A stretch of 64,000 bases of DNA from Octopus vulgaris (taxonomy: Eukaryota), in the NCBI GenBank assembly GCA_951406725.2, contig OX597823.1, positions 60,946,001 to 61,010,000 of the forward strand, in the 5' to 3' direction. The notes below the pieces were generated by a model that had not been told where the DNA came from, ran no database searches, and saw only the letters and a list, made by a program, of their open reading frames with translations. The position numbers and the translations under genes were made by a program. The stretch's first letter is position 1. Each line of letters opens with the position of its first letter. Below are positions 41,162 through 55,600 of this stretch, in pieces.

Positions 41162-44100
41162 ACTTCCTTCCCCTACCATGAGGCAGTTTGAGTTGCTGAA
41201 CATGAGAGAGGAGAAGCTGGTTAAGAAATGTTGAGTTATTTTGGAAAATTAGTTACATACTGCCAAGTATGATGGTGAGCCTTAGAGCTGTTCAAAAGTG
41301 GTAAGGTTATTTATGTATTTTAGTTTGTTGCTTTTTTATCCATTTGAATTATCATTTGATTAATTCACTTTATACGAATACCTAACTTTTCTGCTTTGTT
41401 GTTGTTGTTTTTTTCTTCTTTTTTCCCCCCATGGTGTTAATTCATTTTGTTATTTATTTATTTATTTTGGCTACCTCCCAACTTAAAAAAGAAAGTAGCT
41501 CGTTTCTGTTACTTGCATGTATGCATATATATATATATATATATATCAAAGAGGGTGTGTAACCAAGTTCTGTTTACTTTTTTTTTTTTTTTTACCACCT
41601 CTGTCATTATGATGCTTGAAGAGTTGTGGCATTTATTTTATTATACCTAACTTTTAGCATACAGGAAATAGTTTTTATTTTAGTTAAAAGTAACATATTT
41701 ATAAATTGCTGTTGCTGCTGTGACTGCTATATATATATATATATATACACATATATACATACATGCATACAGAGAGAGGTGCAGGAGAGGGAATTTTCAG
41801 GTGAAAGTTTATTCTAATGAAGTTTACAACAAATAATGGTTGTAAAAAAATTAAAGTTAGCTGGGTCTGCAAGGGTAATTTTTTTTTTAATTGTAAAATT
41901 GTAATTGATTTTCAGAAAATGTATAATGAGTGAACTTTGTGCATGTGTGTGTGTGTGTGTGATTATATATACATTACTTAAGAGTTGTTAATTAGTTTCT
42001 GTCTCATTTCATTTGAAATAACTTTTTTTGTACTAAAAGTATACATTTAAGAAAAAAAAAGAAACAGGGATTTAATTAATTAATGTTATATTTATGGTTA
42101 AGATGTTTAGAAATTGGAAGAACATTTTTAAAGCAAAGTTATTTACAGTATGTTACCAGTATTTTGTAATGTTTATAGTTTATTCAACTAACTTCATACT
42201 GTAATCAGTGTTTTCTGATTAGTCTATTTCTGTGGAGATTTAATGATTTGTTAATATATTTTTAGTTTTTTCCTTTCATTTTTTCCCTATCATAAACACT
42301 ACTATTTATAGACTTTATTTAGACTTATGTTGTAGTCATCATACCAAAAAGACAACACTACTTTATTATGAAATAATAAGAACCGTACATTTAGTAAGAT
42401 ATACATTCCATTACAAAGTATTTTCCTCCAAGTTCCCATACAAAAAAAAAGTATGAGTAGAAAATTCAATCTTTTTTTTTTTCCTTTCGGTTTACATACA
42501 TGCAGTAATTAGAGCAATGACTGTGGGAAAGATTCATAGAAATGATAGCTACGATTGTCAGAAAAATTCTGTGTTGTTTGCATGCGTATGCAGCTTTACA
42601 AACTTACTGTTTATCAGTAATAAACAGCCACATATCAGAGTTACTCTAGTTACAAAAGAAATGAGGTCACAAGCAAATTAGTTTTAGCAGAAGGTACATG
42701 TGTTGTATAGTATGTATGCATGCAACATATACATACGCACACAAACACACATGCGCTTACAGTTAGTTATATAGCCTTTTAGTAACCCTTTAGCAGCTTC
42801 TATTCTTAGATAAGCATTCTTACTAGAATGTGTGGAAGTTTATCTCTCATAAGCTTCTTATTTTTTCTTTTTATTTTGTTGCTGTTGTTGTTTATCTTAA
42901 TTTACAAGTGTTACCTATATATAACATTGTGAATAGTAGTCTTAAATAAAGCCAATATGGGAATTGGGTATTACCCTGGAAACTTTAATCAAGTTTAACT
43001 TTGTTAAAACAATTAATAATTCTCACACTAATTTTAAGTAATTAGCAAGCAAAGTATGAAAAGAATGACACCCATCGCCAAAACATTTATTTTGTTTCAC
43101 GTTTCAATCTTAGTTTTTGTTTAATTATTCATTTAGCAATATCATGTAGAGTTGGATGAGGAGTGGTGATGGCTAATGTAATTTCAATTCATTTTTAATT
43201 TATACACCTTGATATTATGAAAAACTGTTTTGAAAATTAATATTTAATTTTAGAAATATGATTTATAATGCTTAATTATTATTTCTTTTGATTTTAAACA
43301 TTTTTGAAAAAAAAAAAATTTTTCAACCTCATAAACTGAATATATATTTTTTTCTTTGTTTTTTTTTTTCCTTTCTATCAATAAAGTATTTTTTAAATGG
43401 TAGCTTGAGAGCATAAATGGACCATTTTCTTTTTATTTTTAAATTTAATTTAATCTAATTAAATGTTTTGATACAGAAAATAATAAACCTGTTATTTATA
43501 ATATTTTATAGAGTTGGCATGAAAAATAACTTGATTCTATTGGTAAAAGGGGAGCAACTTAGAATTTTCCCAAACGTTGAAGGTGTTTCCTAGGGTTGTG
43601 TAAATTGCTCTGTTTCACACGCATGCACACACACACACACACACACACACATGCACAAAATTTAATAATGTCTGAGACAGGGAAAGTAATTTATTTTTCT
43701 TCATTATCTTAGTTTAATTTCCCCAAAGTTAATATTTATAATACATAATTAACACAACATAACTATAAATACTATAAATATTTTTCTTACTATATTTATA
43801 TTTGTTTTTTTTTTTACTCTGTTCTATTAAATTCGTTAGTGTTTTCTTTTCATTGTAATTATAGTTTTATTTATAATGTAAATAACTTTAGAAAAATAAC
43901 AAAAGAAGCTCTCTCTCTTTCTCTCTCCCTCCTCGCTCTCTCTGATTTTGTCTCTTTTGGTTCTTTCTTTCTTCTTCACTTGATATTTCCAATAATAATG
44001 TTATTTGACTGTGTTCTTGACAATTACAGCAACTTATTTCAGCTTAAGCAGTTAGTATTTAAACACTGGAATGTTTTGATATCAAGTTTTATAGCAAGTG

Positions 44101-44384
44101 TACAGTGCGTGTGTGTGTGTGTGTGCACTCTGCTAAGTCTGTTACAAACAAATATAATGGGAAGAAAAAACAAAAACCAAATTTATCTGACTTTATTGCA
44201 TTTTATTTATGATAAAAAAAAAGTTTGTGGTCAAATAGAGGCAATGGTGATTATGGTTGTGTTGGTGGTGTCAGTGGTTTTTCTTGATAGGCATTTCAAC
44301 CCCATGGAAAGTATTTCGCTATTTATTTTGAATGCAACCCCTTGTTTCTCAGATACTGTGCTTTTCATTCATTAACTTCTAAGA

Positions 44385-45980
44385 CAGGCACAAGGCCAGA
44401 AATCTGAGGCAGGGGTGAATTGGTTTATTAAACCAGTGCTTGTAGATGACTGGTACTTTATTTAAATTGGCCCTGGAAGACTGAAAGGCGAAGATGACCT
44501 CCAGTGGGATTTTGAACTCGGAATGCAAAGTGGCAACGTGTTCTTAACAGAAACACATGGTCATATTTAGGGATGCATAGAGACAACTAAATCAATGCCC
44601 GGTACCTGACTGGTATTTATTTTATTGACTGTGGCAGGGTGTAAGGTGAAGTCAACTTGAACAGGATTTGAACACATAATGTAAAAGAATGTAACTGATT
44701 GATGGGAGATACTTCATTCACTGCTGCACCAGTTTAGTTAATAATAATAATAATATTAATAATTATTATTATTATTATTATTATTATTATTGTTGTTGTT
44801 TTTGTTTCTACTCTAGGCTCAAGCCCTTGGAAATTCTTGTGGAAAGCGGGGGCTAGTTGATCACATCAACCCTAATGCATAACTGGTACTTATTTCATCG
44901 ACCCTGAAAGGATGAAAGGCAAAGTCGACCTCAGTGGAATTTGAACTCAGAACATAGTGGCAGATGAAATACCACTTGGCTCTTTCACCTGATGTGCTAA
45001 TGATTCTGCCAGCATGCTGCCTTAATAATAATAATAATATTTGTTCCTAATAATAATATTTGTTTCTAAGGTTAGTAATTTTAGGGGATGCTGTTAGTTG
45101 ATACCATTGACTCTGGTTCTTGTTACTCTATTTAACTGACCTTAAAAAGATGAAAGGCAAGGTTAAGCTTGGTGGAATTTGAACTATGAATGTAAATATT
45201 GAGGAGAAATGCTGCAGATCATTTATTCCAATGCCCTAAGGATTCTGCTAAGGATTGGATACCTTTTAATACAACTTTCTAATTAAGCCACAAGGCCAGG
45301 AATTTGGCAGAAAGAGGAAGGAATTAGCCAGTACCATGAGTTTGACCAACATTTGTTTTATTGACCTCTGATATGTTGATTAGCAAAGTCAGCATCTAAA
45401 CCATTCAAACATAGAATGTAGATGAACTTAGCAGTCAGAAGGTACTTTATTTAGTGATTTTCCAGTTTAGTTAATCATCATCATCATCATCGTTTAACGT
45501 CCGTTTTCCGCGCTAGCACGGGTTGGACGGTTCGACTGGGGATCTGGGGAGCAATAATAATAATAATAATAATAACAGTTTCAAATTTCGGCACAAAGAC
45601 ATCATTTTTGGGGGTTGGGGTAAGCTCTGCATTGACACCAGTACTCAGCTGGTTCTTATTTTATCAACCCTGAAAGGAGGAAAAGCAGTGTTGACCTCTG
45701 CAGAATTTGAACTCAGAACGTAAGGACAGACAAAATAGTGCTATCCTCTTTGCCTGGTGTGCTAACAATTCTGCCAGCTCGCCAACTAATAATAACAATA
45801 ATGGTTTCAAATGTTGGCATAAGACTAGCAGGTTTGAGGAAGGGGCCAAGTCTCAATTACATTGACCCCAGTGTTCAAATGGTACTTATTTTAACAATCC
45901 TGAAAGGATGAAAGGCTAAGTTAAACCCATCGGAATTTAAATTCAGAACGTAAGGACAGACAAAATGCTTTGTAGCATTT
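44385..45980 (-). mobile_element. Cluster of ~7 co-oriented SINE family B copies of differing divergence
   Basis: Recurrent CACAAGGCC / CTGGTACTT / GAAAGGCAAAG / TTTGAACTC blocks separated by (AAT)n. Confidence 0.85.
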
Positions 45981-45987
45981 TAATAAT

Positions 45988-46346
45988 AACAAGAGCACTC
46001 AGAGAGCGCAAACCTCCACCAAGACAACACCAACATCCTCTCAACAATTAGCCAGGGATGGTTTTTAAAATGAGAGTATCTGAAATAAACTCGACTGCTC
46101 TCACAAATGAGAATACTAAAAATGAACCTGACCGCTCTCAAACATTAAATAAAAAGAAAACTGGAAAAATAATCCAGAATCCTTGTCCGGAACCTGATTG
46201 ATCCCAAAATTTAATTAGTCACAAGGCCACATATCCCTGAAAGTTTCATCCAAATCCATCCAGCAGTTCTTGAAATATCTTGTTCATGGACAAACAAACA
46301 AACACAACTGAAAACAATACCTCTGTTTTCACTAAGGCGGAGGTAA
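45988..46346 (+). mobile_element. HINE / pearl-like element
   Basis: AACAAGAG start, ACCTCCACC near the left end complementary to GGCGGAGGT at the right end, (ACAA)n tract, terminal palindrome TACCTCTG..CGGAGGTA. Confidence 0.6.
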
Positions 46347-46574
46347 TAATAATCACAGTCTTATAAATAGAATGAAATCTTAAACACATTAAGTTGCTTT
46401 CCAAAGAATTCAATGCAAAAACATGCAGCAATACTCAAATTCAAGTTCAGGAAACCAGGAACCTGGCACTTTATCCACTCTGTTAATACATCTATGAATC
46501 ATAAGAAATTTGCTGATTTCATACTTTGGCATAAAAGCTGCACTAGAATATGTGATTCTACACACACACATACA

Positions 46575-46605
<31 letters not shown>

Positions 46606-48324
46606 GTATATATATACATATGTACATACATATATATATATGTGTGTGTGTGTGTGTTTTTAATAACTGAACTAGAACTTTCTTAGTCATTAGCATTTTT
46701 GGAAACCCTCCATTTTTGTTAATTGAATGGTAATTAATGAAATGATTACCAAATATGCATGTGTGTAAGGGAGTGGGCATGTAGAATTAATTAGCTAGAT
46801 TATAGCTATTATTCAATAAATTAAACATTTATTACTATTGCGTAATCATCAAAATATACGTTACTTCTATCATTCACAGTGAATTTAGGAATCATTTCTA
46901 ATTGTTATTTACCTGCCAAATTCATGTAACTCCTTGCCAAGCATTGATAAAAATACAAATATTTTTTTTTTTAAACAATATTAATGATGATGATGATGGT
47001 GATGAAATGGGAATGAAAATTAGACATCTTTCTGGGTGAACTTCAGTGAAATTAAGTTTGTTTTTTTTTTTATTTAATTTTTCTCTTTATAGATATTTAC
47101 TTCAAATTTTCTGTGCCATCTGTTTATTTATTATATATTTTTACTCTGTTTATTTGACAAATGTTATAAAAATTTAGCAACTCCTACATAAATATATACA
47201 TATATATTTCTTTAAGTTTCAAAATATTTCACATGGATAAAGTTTTTTTCACTATTTTTGATTTTGAAAGCCTGCAATTTGTAGAAGAACAAGAAAAAAA
47301 TATAATCAATATTAACTACTATTACATATGGAATATACCAAAAATTAATATTGATGTTTCTTTTTACTATCAATTAAGTAAATATTAGTTTTATATTTTA
47401 TCATTAATTTACTTAGATTTATTTCACACTCAGCAGAAAAATAATAATATACTAGATTGCTATAACTGTTAAACATAAATCCTCATAATTTGCATCTGCT
47501 CACTATAATGAACAGTTTAATTGCAAAAATTGTATATTACTGTATAGTTTTGCTGATTATCAACATCCACTTTCTTTATCGATCAGCAGTTTATTTTTGT
47601 TTTGTTTTATTATTTATTCAAATGAGTTTTGACTTTTATTTATTATAAATATTCATGATATATTATCAAGTTGTATGTTCTGTTGCATTATACTGGTGTA
47701 TCCAAATTCCTGACAAGTTTGGCATTAAAACAGCCTCTAGCCGCGATATTTTGAACCTTACTGAACAAGTTACTGTATAGAATGAGAAAATTTTTAAATA
47801 ATCAGGTGATGAGTACAAACCTAAGTTAATAACAGCATTGTTGACTAGCTGAATTATAATCAGGTAGGCATGAGCATCACACAATCTACCTCTCTCTTCT
47901 AAATATACAGGTTGCTCTGTGCTTCTGTATGTGCATGCATGTCAGAGGGAGAGGGTGTGGGGGGGGCTGTAATTCTAATAAAACAGACTGCCCATGTGTT
48001 TCAATTTTTTTTTTTTTAAATAGTTAAAACAATTCTGAGTGGTTTAGTGAAGTGAAAGTATTTGGTGTTTGAAATGTAACTAAACAAAAAGTTCTTATTT
48101 TAATTTATGATAGAGGGCTTCCACTTTAAATAGACACTTCAATGCTGAAGGTTTTGTACCCTATGACCTTGGTGCAGTCTCAGTTGGATGGTGGTAATAA
48201 AAATGGGTTAGGAAAGATAGTTCTTTGGCAGCTTAAAACGAAGAAAAAAAAAATCATCTTGGTATTTCACAAGCGTTTGATAGAACTTTAGTTTTTATTT
48301 AGCTGCTAATTCAGGGCCTTACCT

Positions 48325-48685
48325 GTGAAGGCACCTAGCTCAGTGGTTACAGCATTGGGCTCACAATCATGATATAGAGAGTTCAAGCCACAATCATGAA
48401 TTAGTGATTCCTGGACTGGGCTGTGTCTTGTGTTCTTGAGCAAGATACTTTATTTAATGTAGCTCCAGTTCACTCAGCTGTAGAAATGAATTGGGACCTC
48501 ACTGGTGCCAAGCTATATAGGCCTTTGCTTTTCCCTTGGATAACATCATTGGCATGGAGAAGGGAGGCTGATATGCATGGGTGACTGCTGGTCTTCCATT
48601 AACAACCTTGCCTGGACTTGTACCTTGGAAGGTAACTTTCCTGATGCATTCCCATGGTCATTCATGACTGAATGGGGTCTTTATA
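48325..48685 (+). mobile_element. SINE family D (tRNA head + CORE-like block)
   Basis: TAGCTCAGTGGTTA A-box, GAGTTCAAG B-box-like, TTCTTGAGCAAGATACTT. Confidence 0.75.
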
Positions 48686-48765
48686 TACTTGTTTATTAAG
48701 TTGCCAAACTTTTTCTTCTTATTGTATTAATAGAAGGTAATTCCTTAGCATGGCGAAGAACTTTC

Positions 48766-48982
48766 ACCCTTCAGCATTCAAACTGGACACATCTGGCCCA
48801 AATATTCTACCTGTTACATTTTCAAACTGGCCAGATCTTGCCTCTCACACCTATGCTACAATGTCAATCTGAAAATAGTCAATCAGATGATTGAAATCTG
48901 AAATCTAAGAGATAATGCATGATTAATTAAAAACAATTTGAATAAATAAATATTACATTTGATTGAGCAATCGGAATGCTAA
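48766..48982. mobile_element. Second piggyBac-like MITE family, copy 2
   Basis: CCCTTCAGCATT...AATGCTAA; interior similar to 18400-18625. Confidence 0.55.
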
Positions 48983-50824
48983 TAATCTCACAAGTTTGGT
49001 TCCTGGCAGTTTCACGGAGTGTGAATAAGTTGATAAGTTTAAAAGCTTGAGCACAGCAATATTACTAATTAAATCTCAATACAACTTGCGGAGAAATGGA
49101 AATGGCTCATAAGATGAGTCAAGGGCAAAATCACATCCAGTATGACTTTTTTTTTTTTTGTAAGTAATGCAGCCCACCTAATGATGAGCCATGTCTCGTG
49201 TGGCCCATTTCTTGAAAAAGGTTGCTGCATTTAGCGTATTCAGTAGGATTAAAACACCTGCTCAGCTAATTTGGGAATGTATCAAAACTCATTATCTATT
49301 TCACATAAATCAACAAAAACAAATACAAAAAGTATTTAATAATAAGATTTTTTTTTCATATATTGGATTGAGTGGGACAATTTTCTGAAAATATAATAAT
49401 ATTAATATAGTTCTCATCTGTTTAAGAATTTGTAATTTCTGTAAGGTTAGGATGTTTAACATTAGTATACTTACTAATGTTATATTCCAAGATGTTATTT
49501 TGGTGTTACTTGCACTAAAGATTATATTCTTGGCTTATAATTTAGGTGTTTAAGTTATAGATATATTGGCTGCTGAACAAATGTTTAAACTATTTAGGAA
49601 TAATTTATCAAATCACAAGCCAATAAACAGAAAATGTAAGTATTTTAAGATGGGAATTAGATTAACATTCTTTTGAATACCAATCATATAACTTACAGCA
49701 TCCCTAGAATTTATCTATTCTCTTCATTATGCTTGCACGCACACACACTCACACTCTCTCTCTCTCCTCTCTCACTCTCTTTTTCTCCCTCTCTTTTTTC
49801 TTTCTCGCTCTCTCGCACTCATAATTATTAATAGGAATGCTGCCAAAAGTACTTAAATACCCTTTTATGATTTGGTTAAATCACGTTTATTAACACAGCT
49901 CTGTGTGTGTGTGGGTGTGCATGTGCATCTTAGAAATGCATATGCATATTCTTTTCTGTATGGATGTCATTTTTTTTTTTGCATGTGCAATTACAAAAAT
50001 TAACCATCACCATGTTTGCATGAAATGATGTAGGGATCAAAATGCAAAGGTAACAAGGAATTCCTCTTCCCAATAACTAAACAACAGCACACACTCATAA
50101 AACTGTTTTTATTTCATTGATACCTAAGTTGTTTTATTTCTTTCTATTTTGTTACCACCCACCCTCCCCCGCTACAAATGTTATATTGACTTGGCAATAG
50201 GTACAAAATATGGAGCGGGGAAGAGATTTAATGAATGATATAAGTTGATCTCTTGGGTTTGCATGGCGAGCAGGAATGTTCAGCAATGTTTGGTGTTTAC
50301 TGCTAACACTGTTGTCATTTATTTGATACACGTGGAGGAAAGACAAGACAGATGATAGATTGAGTGAAACTGAAGGTCTAAGTCATATTAACAAACTGAT
50401 GTGCCATAATGGAATGGGTGCCACCGTAAAATGATCTATAGGGAATATATCAAGCAATCAGCTGGATTAATTAAATTTAGAATAAAGCTCTAAGGAGTTT
50501 AACTAAAATTGAGGTGTTATGTTTCAAAAGACTTTGATGAATTAAAGATGAAAGGAAGAGTGTTAATCATTTGGCAGGAGCTAAATTGTACAGCTGTAAA
50601 CGGTAGAGAGATAGAGGGGGGGAGGGAAGATGGGTATCATTCTTTCAAGATTGATGCTAAACATATGGTTGTTCCTAAACACATTAATTTTGTAGTATGT
50701 AAAGCTTAATGTTGCAACACTATTATAATCATTATTAACCCATCAAGTTAAACGAAATTAAACCATTAATTTGCTAGATTGAACTGACTCCTTTTGTTAG
50801 CCAACAGTAACTAATATAAATGTG

Positions 50825-50867
<43 letters not shown>

Positions 50868-52633
50868 GTATATGATCTAATTTTTCAGACTAGAACAAAG
50901 TCTCAATGAACATCTTAGGTATGTTGCCAAGATCAATAACACACGGAAGATGTCCAGTTTTAGTGATTTTTCAATGCATGCCAAAAACTAAAAAGCTGGT
51001 TAGTATCAAATAGGCTATATCTGTTGTTGCTAGGTGTCTGAATCCATTTTGGCGTAGAATCTGTCAAGTTCCATTATATTCTTTGGTCAAGATTGGCTAG
51101 ATTCCCAACATCTTTCATCTGACTGTAAGAGTTTAACACTACATGTATCATTCAGTCATAATAGCCAGCCAGGTCACTTGACTAGTCATTGGCTGTTAAC
51201 TTTGTTTCACTCACTTTTTATTTCACCTAGAAACATTATTTATTCGAGTTTTATTAGAAGAAAATATTGCTTCTGATTGTTTATGAATTTCAGCCTTTTT
51301 AAAATTTGGCAGCATTTCTAAAGATATTTTTAATGTATACTTTATTCTTAGTAGGTGTTAATATAAATAAGAAAAAAAATTAAAAATCGTAAATGTAAAA
51401 GGTCATGCAGTACACTTTACTGTGGTGGTATATCATGTTACTTCTTCTAAATGCTGTCATCATTTTGTTTAGCATCCTTTTTTTTTTCTTTCCAATGTTG
51501 GCATGGATTCCATTCATCTGTTTGGCTACAACTGTCACATTATCAGAAAACCTATGTTAATATTTGAATACAAGAGCATTTGTAATTGACACATATATCT
51601 TTGCTGCTGTGGTGCCCTCTCTCATACCAACCATTAGAATATGGAGAAAGAATTATTGATAACTTGGTTTAAATCTGACCTGTTAACACCTAACCCACAC
51701 CTGCTCACAGGAATGTTACATGAAGATAATACATATAAATATTCATGCTAATTTCCAAAGCAGAAGGAGATGCTAAATAAACAAGACTAAAATGTTATTT
51801 CTTATAAAGAAAATTTTGGTGGAACTTAAGTTGTACTCCAGAATGTCTAGAATTCACCATAGCTAAAGAAGTAGAATGTAAGATAATTCAAAAAATATAT
51901 TTGGAGGATGTTATATATTAACAGTGTAAAACTATCACATTGGTTTATATTAAGGAAAAAGGAAAAAAACTTATAATATCAAAACAGCAAAAATAATATT
52001 GATGTTTTAAAAAGGTAATAATAATTTTACTTTTTTCTATGAATTATCAAAGATCTACTTTTCTTAATCAGATTTACTGTGATGCTTGTAATGCCATCTT
52101 TTCCATTGCCATTTTTCAAATAACTAGCATTCCCTGGAATATTACTTACACAATCTCCCTCTGATCTGGACTGATATATCAAAGTACTGTATCTTATAAT
52201 GAATTCCAGTAGAAAATACTCTTTTTTATTTAACATTTGATTATACTCTTTTTACTGTATTATCTGGTGCAGCAAAATCATTTTTAAATAGAATGAAACT
52301 TTAATCTAGGACACATGAAATTCATAATTTTTTATAACTTAGAAGATTCTGTAGTTTAATTCATAAAAATCTTGCAATCCAAGACTATTTCTATTCTTAA
52401 AATTAAATATATTTGATTTATATGAATATGAAAATATATATCATAGCATCAAGTTATATTTCTTGAAGAAAGGAAAAGTAATTCCTTTGTCCTATATAGC
52501 CTTCCTCAACCATAGCTGCAATTCTTAAAAAGAAATGTTTACATTAAAAATATTTATTAGGTATACTAATTAGTTTGTTTTTTAACTTGCACTTCACAAA
52601 ATAATTCACAAAAGTTTCATATATGTGTGTATG

Positions 52634-52683
<50 letters not shown>

Positions 52684-55600
52684 TTTGAAACGATATATGA
52701 TAGTATCAAGTTATATTAATTTTTAAAACAAAAATATTTCTGTACCCTATACAGCCTTCCTCAACCAAAAGGATTGAGTTAAAATTAGTAGGGTTACTAT
52801 TAAAATTAATATCACATGGAAAGATGGATATTAGAGGTAGTTTTTAGCAAAAGTATTTTAAATACAATTTAAGAAATACACAACAGTGACCAGTACATAA
52901 TAACAGGTGTGTTGAGTATGTTTGAGTGTGAGTGTTATTTGGTGAATTCATAGGGCCTTGATACAGCAGAAAACTCATCACAACAATGGTCTTAATAAAG
53001 AGTCTAAAACTGATATCAATTGATAATGACTATAGACTTAACTATCAATCAACTATTTCTCTACATTACATCTAATGTAAGACTATTCCTGGTAATTTGA
53101 GCAGGACTTCATGAGGAACATGAAAGCTGTGTATACAATCAGTAGCTACTCATGTTTAAAGAACTTTTTGATCCAAAAATAAATAAATGAAACAGGAGAT
53201 CTGGCAGAGAATTTTTTGATATAAATATGTATAAAGCAGAGTAGATAACAAAAAGACTTTATGCTATTATTTTTGTGAAATGTTGCATAGGTATTAGTTA
53301 TTGTTTTTTTGTTTGAATAAACAAGAATCAATTGACAAAGTAGAATAGAGAACTGAAAGCCGACTGCCAAGATTTAAGGTTCAAAAAATGTTTCCTAATT
53401 CACTTAAAAATAAAATTAAAAACAAAATCACTGGTTACAACATTGATAAAATAAGTTTTTTATATCAAGGGTATTGCCTGTTCAAACTGTTTTAAAGTTT
53501 CTGGATAATAGCCATACAGCACACATTAAACCACTGCCTTTATTTCATTGCCAAACATTCTCTGCTTGTCTTGTTGACAGTATTATGACTAATTATTGTT
53601 TTTTCACTTAAGTAATGCAATAGAAAATTGATCTACATTCATTTTTGGAAACATTACACTATCCCTTTTCTGTTATTTAAAAGCAACATTTTAAAGTTAG
53701 AACCAACAGACGGTTTTATTTAACTTAAGAGTGCATTAGCTGCAAGCTTATATCTTCATTTCAAATGTTAACATTATAACGAAAAGAGAAAGAAAAAAGA
53801 AAAATTGAGACTTAAAAAGTTTTTGAATGAAGGATAGCATTTAGTCAGCTACAACTTAAGTAAATTCTGTATAATATAGCCGGAGATAAACTACAGTAGT
53901 TCTGGTTGAAGTAATTCACTTTCATTTATTCTACTTATAATCTTGGAAAAAACAAATATTACAATCTCCTAGTTTGACTCCTCACAGCTTGTAGAACGAA
54001 TCAGTAATTTTTTCAAAAAGTCAACTGAATTACACTTTTATATCAACTCAAGGTTCTTTAATTTTTTTTAGTACTGTTTTTGCTATTTAAAAGTATCTTG
54101 CTCTTCTGTAATTACTGATTTAGTGGTGCGAAGGATTTAGTGATAAAAATATTAGAATTATCTCAAATATTTTTTCTTTTTTTTACCTTTTCTTTCTTTC
54201 TTTTTTTGTGATATATTGCTGCCTGACTTGATATTGGCTGTTTTATTCATAAATTAAGTAAATTATCTCCAGTAGCTAAGGTATCAAAATATATGGCTAC
54301 TTTGTGATGGACATATAATTGAAATTATAAATAATTATTCTGTGAAAATAATTATTTTCACAAACAGATCTATTTATTTTATATAATCAGATTTTCAGAT
54401 AAATAAGTCATCGCTATCCAATAGGTTTGTCTGTTGGCTTAAATTATATTATTAAAAGCAATAGCATTGTACATTTTAGTCATAGTCAGCAGCAAGCCTA
54501 ATATAGCCATCAAAGCAAAATAATTGGTTCTTGTTTGGGATAGAGATATATTTAGAATGGAGCATTCTGAAATAATACTAACATATTGCTTTTAGTGTCA
54601 GAAATTGGATTTTGATCAATGATACTTATGTGTTTTAGTTTTAGTTTCTATATTATAATATTTCTATATTCTGTGATACATATGAAATGCTATTATCTTC
54701 TATTCTCATTTTTTTCCATTAAAAAGAAAAAAAAATCTTCTCTTCAAATGTAGGATAAAGAAGAGATATATATCTATACACTTCAGTTCTCCATATTGGT
54801 GTAGTTGAAAAGAAAGGATTTTTTTTTTTTGTTTTCTTTAATGTATGGCATGATATTTTGAAATGGAATCATTGCATTCTGTCTCCATGTGAGTTAAAGA
54901 AAAAGAATTTCTGTGAAGACTACATTTGTAGATGTGTCAAAACAACAAAAGAGACAGATTAGATGTTCATTGTATAAGCATCATTGCATGCCGAGTGAAT
55001 ATGGATAGCAAAGCATTCTAACCAATGGCCATAAATGTAGAAAACAACAACAATAACAGAGTATTAGAACAAAAGCAGGATAATGGTTATTGAAGAACTG
55101 TAGTTTGTGATATTTGCTAAAAGCAATGTCTGCAATTAAAGTGACTTTAACTTGTATTCACTCTAGCTGTTGTTCAATGTTGAGAAGTCTTTGCAAGTGA
55201 AAATAGTATTCAATATGTCTTGCTTTTCTCATTCATGTTACAAGTAAGAAATTGCCAAGGACTGACTTTGTGTCCAATTTTTTATGAGTCTTTACATTTT
55301 CACCTAGTCTGACAAAGGATATTCTCACAAAAATTTCGGCAGAGAAAAATAATTAAAGTATGCCAGACTTTATTGAAAATGTGAAGTGTAAGTAAGCATT
55401 GAATTATGACAAAATGTTATTGGGAGTTAAAAATCACAAGCAACTAAGATGTATAAAAATCATAGTTTTTCTGTATCCTTCCTTCTGCATCCAGATGAGT
55501 TGATATATTTTACAGAAATGAATGCAAAATTACAAAGTTTGTCTGATTTTTGCATACATCCATTTAATGTATTCATAAAGTTCCGTAATGTTTTGAAATT

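Noticed and set aside
48325-48420. tRNA gene
   Set aside because: A/B boxes only, no cloverleaf, continues into SINE body
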